A stretch of DNA of 61,959 nucleotides, counting the filler, from Porpidia crustulata (taxonomy: Eukaryota): the NCBI GenBank assembly GCA_964255105.1. It is 6 parts of 6 records of this genome, joined end to end, with 100 filler letters (N's around TTAATTAATTAA, not from the genome) between each part and the next. Parts side by side here need not be neighbours in the genome. Positions count along the whole stretch, not along the records: positions 51,727 to 61,959 come from CAXUWE010000810.1; 5 more parts are not named here. One strand, 5' to 3'. The notes under the pieces are model-generated. The model had not been told where the DNA came from. It was given only the letters and a program-made list of their open reading frames with translations, and did no database searches. Below are positions 59,489 through 61,959 of the stretch, piece after piece (positions within the stretch are counted from its first letter, which is position 1; each line of letters begins with the position of its first letter). The position numbers were made by a program, and so were the translations under genes.

Positions 59489-61959
59489 ATGGCTGCTGCC
59501 CCCGGATTCCTAGATTCAATTTCCCCGTGGACATCTCGCAGCAATACACCCAAACCGGGTCCGGGGAAGATAGACAACAGCAGCAACCCTCCAGAGCCTG
59601 CCAAGAAACAGAGTGTTGACCATAAACTAAGCCATCGCCATCGACTCAGTCTTCGAGATTACCCTGAAGATTGTCCCAAGTCAAACGTACGATGGTTTTA
59701 CGCAGTTGATGTACGTCACTCCCGCCCAATGCGACTTAACATCTCTTCTACTTTGAGGATACTAAGCTTTTGAGCCAGGTACCGAAGCGGAGGCCTCTCC
59801 CCCTTGATCAACCGCTCAAAGATGCCAAGCCCCTGCCAGCCCCGAAAAAATACGCTGCATTTTCTGCTCACGACTCCCGGTCCATCGAACATGCGTTTCA
59901 AAAGCTTGCTGAGCATGAAGATGATGCGGCTCGTGCAGACCAAGCGGAAGGTGACCTTGGAGATATCATTCTCAGGCGCACTGAGGCTACCTCAGACCTT
60001 GGTTCCAAGCAGAATACGAGCATCAGCGACTCGACAAAGACAGAGAAGGGTGGTCTAGTCAAAGTTCCTGTCAACGAAGACTATTTATTTGATGTGGATA
60101 TTCAAGAACGAGAACTTGCCCCAATATATTGGCTGGGGCCTATCTACGATGTCCGTCGAGGCAGTTGGTTTTATCAAGATGGTTCTATACTAAGGCCCTG
60201 CGACGAGAATCTTGCCATCCAATTAGAGGAAGGATATGTCAAATTCAAACCGTGGCAGTACAAATCGGCCCCAACCCAGCACGCAGCATCGCAATCAAAA
60301 ACAAGACCAGTTTCGATGAACATAGGGTCCGGAATCGCCAGCCTCAACAACGCCGCTGACTCGAAACTTTCAAAGAAAACTTCTGCTGAAAATCTACACA
60401 GTAGTTTCAAACAAGAAGTGATAGATTCATCGACGATTCCGGCAAAATTTGAACTGCAGACCCAGCGGCTGTTCGGCTCATATATGAACTCTATGGTCAC
60501 TTATCAAGATGCTACAGTCGCGTGGCTTCTTACCGATGACTTATTGTCTCGAATGAGTAGCACGGTCTATCAACGTTTTGCTGGTGGTGGTCATCTTGGA
60601 GGCACAAAAGTCGTCCGCGGCTATATCGAGTTAGCTAAATCAAAGGAAGGCAAAGCAGAATCTGACGAGCCTACTAAATCTAGGGATCTGGCAACTACTG
60701 CCTCCACCACTGATCCTAAAAAACGCTTGTCCCCTTCTAGGACAGGTAGCGAACCTAATTTTGAAGCGCAACAAAGCCAAGAGTCTGATACTCGACGGAA
60801 GGAAGAAGATGAGGCTCTATCCGAGTCCAAACTCGCAAAGCTGGAGAGGCAAATGTCTAATCTAGTCTCGTCAGCTGAGCCAGAGAATCCAGTCAAGCAA
60901 GAGGAAGAAGTGCGTAAGCGGGATCAAGATGAGATCCAAGAAGACTACCGAGAAGCAGATGGCGACGACCAAGCCCGCGAGATTGAGCATCTCATCCTTG
61001 TCACCCATGGTATTGGCCAACGACTCGGCATACGTATGGAAAGTGTCAACTTCGTCCATGATGTCAACGTTTTACGCAAGACACTCAAAAGCGTATACGA
61101 GACATCTCCAGATCTTCAGGCTCTGAACTCGGAGGTCGATAAGCTACCTAAGAACTGCCGCGTGCAGGTTCTGCCTGTTGTCTGGCGGCACCTGCTAGAC
61201 TTCCCGAAGCAAAGCTTCAAACAGAATCGTCGGGAGCAGGATCTGACCGATGCTGATATGTTCGGTGACGAAGAGCGATACCCAAGCTTGAACGATATTA
61301 CTGTGGAAGGTGTTCCAGCTATTCGTAATCTTATCACAGATCTAGCATTGGACATCCTTCTTTACCAAAGTGCATACCGTGAACACATAGCTGGCATCGT
61401 TCAGCGCGAATGTAACCGCATATATGAGCTGTTTATGCTGCGAAACCCCAAGTTTACTGGAAAAGTAAGCCTCATTGGCCACTCTCTGGGTTCAGCAATA
61501 CTCTTTGATATCCTTTGTCGACAGGGCGGAACCGCCAAATCCACCACCCATGGCCGCCGTCGGTCGCGTTCGTATCGCAACGCTCCCAAACCTCCCAACG
61601 ACCAAAAGCAAGACCTTGGCCTAATCTTCGAGGTCGAAGACTTCTTTTGCCTCGGCTCCCCTCTAGGTCTTTACCAGATGCTCAAAGGTCGCAGCATCGC
61701 CGGTCGTCGCTCCATGCACGCTCCCCCTATTCAAAGCCCCTTTTACTCAGACTCACTCGATGACCCCTTCCTCGGCGCCCCATCAACCCAAGCCGACGCC
61801 GCTGACATAGACAAAGACTCTGAAATACTTTCTATCACCGTCTCCTCCCCCAAATGCCAACAGCTCTTCAACATCTTCCACCCCGCCGACCCCATCGCGT
61901 ACCGTATCGAACCCCTCATTTCCCCTGCCATGGCATCCCTGAAGCCCCAAGCCCTCCCT
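59489..61959 (+). CDS. DDHD-domain phospholipase A1 (Ddl1/PA-PLA1-like), 3' end beyond the window
   Basis: RWFYAVD-VPKR, VPVNEDYLFDVDI, IYWLGPIYDVRRGSWF, HLILVTHGIGQ, lipase motif GHSLG at 61477-61491, FCLGSPLG and FNIFHPADPIAYRIEPLI; the long exon is missing from the ORF track, presumably because it has no stop in the window. Confidence 0.92.

Overview
Intron-rich genomic DNA of a filamentous ascomycete (Pezizomycotina). The window is not one locus. It is six contigs of about 10.2 kb, ordered by decreasing length and joined by identical artificial 100-bp spacers (N44-TTAATTAATTAA-N44), so gene neighbourhoods are meaningful only within a contig. Most of the content is housekeeping: MON2, MMS2, MMM1, VRG4, phosducin-like, SMI1/KNR4, Gyp8-like Rab GAP, Mms1-like, eIF5B, CUE/Smr protein, prolyl aminopeptidase, CENP-K-like, KH RNA-binding protein, BTB, ABM-like, PXA-PX nexin, RING-like, hotdog thioesterase and DDHD phospholipase. 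The standout is contig 2 (10354-20600), a compact four-gene cluster: an Asp-nucleophile alpha/beta-hydrolase, a levoglucosan kinase (AnmK family), a divergently transcribed MFS sugar porter and a Zn2Cys6 transcription factor with paired CreA-type sites. It is a candidate fungal anhydrosugar (levoglucosan) uptake, catabolism and regulation module. Also present are a TA-flanked MITE with an inverted, degenerate sister copy, three small spliced genes missed by the ORF track, two GC-AG introns and gene relics with in-frame stops. All gene models were spliced by eye and family assignments come from recognised motifs, not database searches.
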